The notes beneath the pieces are model-generated. The model was given only the letters and a program-made list of their open reading frames with translations, searched no databases and was not told the origin of the DNA. This document shows positions 62,101 to 64,000 of a stretch of 64,000 bases of DNA, one piece after another. A program made the position numbers and the translations under genes. How positions within the stretch are numbered: position 1 is the first letter of the stretch; each line of letters starts with the position of its first letter. The DNA is from Cyanobacteria bacterium P01_A01_bin.123 (GTDB lineage: Bacteria > Cyanobacteriota > Cyanobacteriia > Phormidesmidales > Phormidesmidaceae): the NCBI GenBank assembly GCA_039815185.1, contig JBCBZT010000010.1, forward strand, positions 32,001 to 96,000, in the 5' to 3' direction.

Positions 62101-62895
62101 TCATTTTATGCCAGGAAAGTGATCAATCTGAGCGTAGCCGCTAAAAATCAGCTTTGATCCTTTGGTTTCCAAACGATTGACCCGCATCATCACCCCATCC
62201 AGGTTGAAGCGGTCTAAATCCACCATATTGTTGAGAACTCGAATAAACCCCTGGGTCAGAATCTTGGACAGCCCTTGGACGTCGCTAGGCACACCGTCAG
62301 GATCAAACTCAGCATCGGCAAACACAATCCGTCGCCGTTTCTCAACAGACAGCGTCGCCTTGAGGCTCACAGGTACGGCTTTACGATTGGGTAAATCAGT
62401 TTGGGCCACTAGCCGAATCTGCTGGTCAGGCAGCAAGTTCACGGTGACGTCTCGAAAATCTAAGGGTTCGCCCCCTGATAAATCAGTCAGGGCTTCGTCA
62501 TCAACCTGGGTCGTGTGCTTTTGCACCAAGTCAGCGGTAAACGCTTCGTTGATGGCTTGTTCAGTGAGGACGACTTGAGCGATCGCTTGGGTTGGTTGCC
62601 GCAACCGAATTTTGCCACTCAAAATTGCCCCAAAGTCGATCGCCACGGAATCAGTTTCAAAGGACATTTCCTCAGCCCGAAACTGGCGACGAATTACCAG
62701 GTCAGCGCCTTGCATTTTGAAGCTATCGATGGTTCCCTGAAGCAACTTGCTCGAAGGGGAACATCGAATCTCGACCTCTACCCGATCACTCTCGGTAAAC
62801 AGATGCCGGATAGATTGGCTGACAACGGAATTGAGCATCCGTTCGCCGAAGTCTCCGTTGGAGGACTGCTTGAAGCCGGTCAAACCGCCAATCAT
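62101..62895 (-). CDS. DUF2993 (LmeA-like) protein
   Basis: KLLQG.IDSFKM.G..LVIR and LTEQAINEAF motifs. Confidence 0.75.
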   Translation of the reverse strand: MIGGLTGFKQSSNGDFGERMLNSVVSQSIRHLFTESDRVEVEIRCSPSSKLLQGTIDSFKMQGADLVIRRQFRAEEMSFETDSVAIDFGAILSGKIRLRQPTQAIAQVVLTEQAINEAFTADLVQKHTTQVDDEALTDLSGGEPLDFRDVTVNLLPDQQIRLVAQTDLPNRKAVPVSLKATLSVEKRRRIVFADAEFDPDGVPSDVQGLSKILTQGFIRVLNNMVDLDRFNLDGVMMRVNRLETKGSKLIFSGYAQIDHFPGIK

Positions 62896-63042
62896 AGGCT
62901 GGTATGCATCCTAAGTTCACCACCTATAGTTGTAACAAAATGTGAAGTATTTCGACAAAGATTATTTTTCAAAAGTGCTGCCAAAAGGGTAACTGATACA
63001 CCTTTACTGCAGCCGGGATCATTCTCCCATAAGGCTTATAGC

Positions 63043-63897
63043 CTATCGAGTAGTGAGATGATAATTCACAACTTTTTTCGGTAAAAACTGTTTCTGACGC
63101 AGGAGTTCGCTCAAATTGAGGGTGGCTTCTAGCAAGCAGGCGTGGCCACTGGCTGGTAAACCCAGGATTTCAGCTGGGGAGATTCGCTGCTGTAGATGGT
63201 GGGCCTCTGCCCAGGAGGGCAACAAGCGATCGCGTCTGCTGGCAACTAGCAGCGTTGGTATCTGCATCTGCTCCAAAGGGAATGGGTCAGTATTGAATGC
63301 CATTAACAATCGGATACGCCAACTGGCACTCGTGGGGGGCACAGACTGCATTGCCATGAGCAAGTCCTGCCGATTGGGCCCATCAACTCGATCAACATTT
63401 GCCAAAAAAGGTAGCAATCCATGGGCAGATAGATGAAATAGGGAAACCGGCAGCGATCGCACCACCCCAACCCCCCAACCCAACCAAAACCGTTGGCGAA
63501 ACGAAGACGCAGGATTCACCAAAATCAACCGATCGACTAAGTGGGGATAATAGGCTGCAAGCTGCAGGGCTAAACAGCCACCAAAGGACTCACCACAGAG
63601 GTATACCGGGCGCTCCACTGCTGGAGAGGCTGTGCTAGCTCGACAGTGCTGCTGAATCAACTGGGCCAAAGTCTCAGTCAACGCCGCCCAAGATAATTCA
63701 CTGTCTGGCGATATTGCCAACGACCGGACATCAAAATACCGTTGGAGATTTGGCAATTGGTGACGAATCAGTTGCCCCGTACCATCCATCCCAGGCAAGA
63801 AGATAAAGTGAGGCGCTGTCGGTTGAGCCGTTCCAGGGGTGAAGAGGCGCAGGGGAGGTGAACCTATTGGCATAAGTCTTTGTTGAACAGCCAGCAT
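63043..63897 (-). CDS. Alpha/beta hydrolase
   Basis: LPGMDGTG, GESFGG nucleophile elbow, DRLLP and GHACLLE triad. Confidence 0.9.
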   Translation of the reverse strand: MLAVQQRLMPIGSPPLRLFTPGTAQPTAPHFIFLPGMDGTGQLIRHQLPNLQRYFDVRSLAISPDSELSWAALTETLAQLIQQHCRASTASPAVERPVYLCGESFGGCLALQLAAYYPHLVDRLILVNPASSFRQRFWLGWGVGVVRSLPVSLFHLSAHGLLPFLANVDRVDGPNRQDLLMAMQSVPPTSASWRIRLLMAFNTDPFPLEQMQIPTLLVASRRDRLLPSWAEAHHLQQRISPAEILGLPASGHACLLEATLNLSELLRQKQFLPKKVVNYHLTTR

Positions 63898-64000
63898 TTT
63901 CTACTTTAGCCTCCTCAGTTCCTTGGCTCTGAACTCGATCCGCGAGATCAATGACACGATATGCGACAAATCAGCTGCCATTTGATCGGCTGCCATTTGA

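Larger units (their letters stand above)
1..64000. repeat. HIP1 octamer GCGATCGC, dispersed in dozens of copies
   Basis: Seen throughout, e.g. near 426, 4322, 12159, 28261 and 46201. Confidence 0.95.

Noticed and set aside
62162..63084. Long antisense ORFs over DUF2993 (and similar shadow ORFs over clpB, gyrA, ggt, shc and gcvP)
   Set aside because: Shadow frames of well-supported genes with no independent features

Overview
Cyanobacterial chromosomal window, about 50% GC with abundant HIP1 octamer GCGATCGC; a filamentous Leptolyngbya/Nodosilinea-like origin is an inference. Most of it is core genes: clpB, a gyrA/parC-like paralogue, ggt, queG, ycf34, a tRNA nucleotidyltransferase, cutA, shc, hpnB-like, gcvP and CCB2/4. 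Signalling genes include a FecR + CHASE2 hybrid kinase pair, a 7TM-HD phosphodiesterase, a single-domain response regulator, a HAMP kinase, a Ser/Thr kinase-WD40, a CHAT protease and a REC-adenylate cyclase, and there are two glycosylation clusters. Signals outside the ORF track: a probable 6S RNA (minus strand, about 20751-20929), a 29-bp tandem repeat, two SigJ/SigF J-box-like motifs, a 19-bp-spacer MerR promoter and several perfect palindromes. A roughly 3.6-kb accessory island (39.7-43.3 kb) holds small co-oriented genes separated by recombinase-site-like sequences and ends in a truncated IS1. The best candidates for undescribed systems are that cassette-like island, the DEP-shc/hpnB/adenylate cyclase hopanoid locus and a flippase-GT2-GT-C-like trio. 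All family calls come from motif recognition by eye; no database searches were run.
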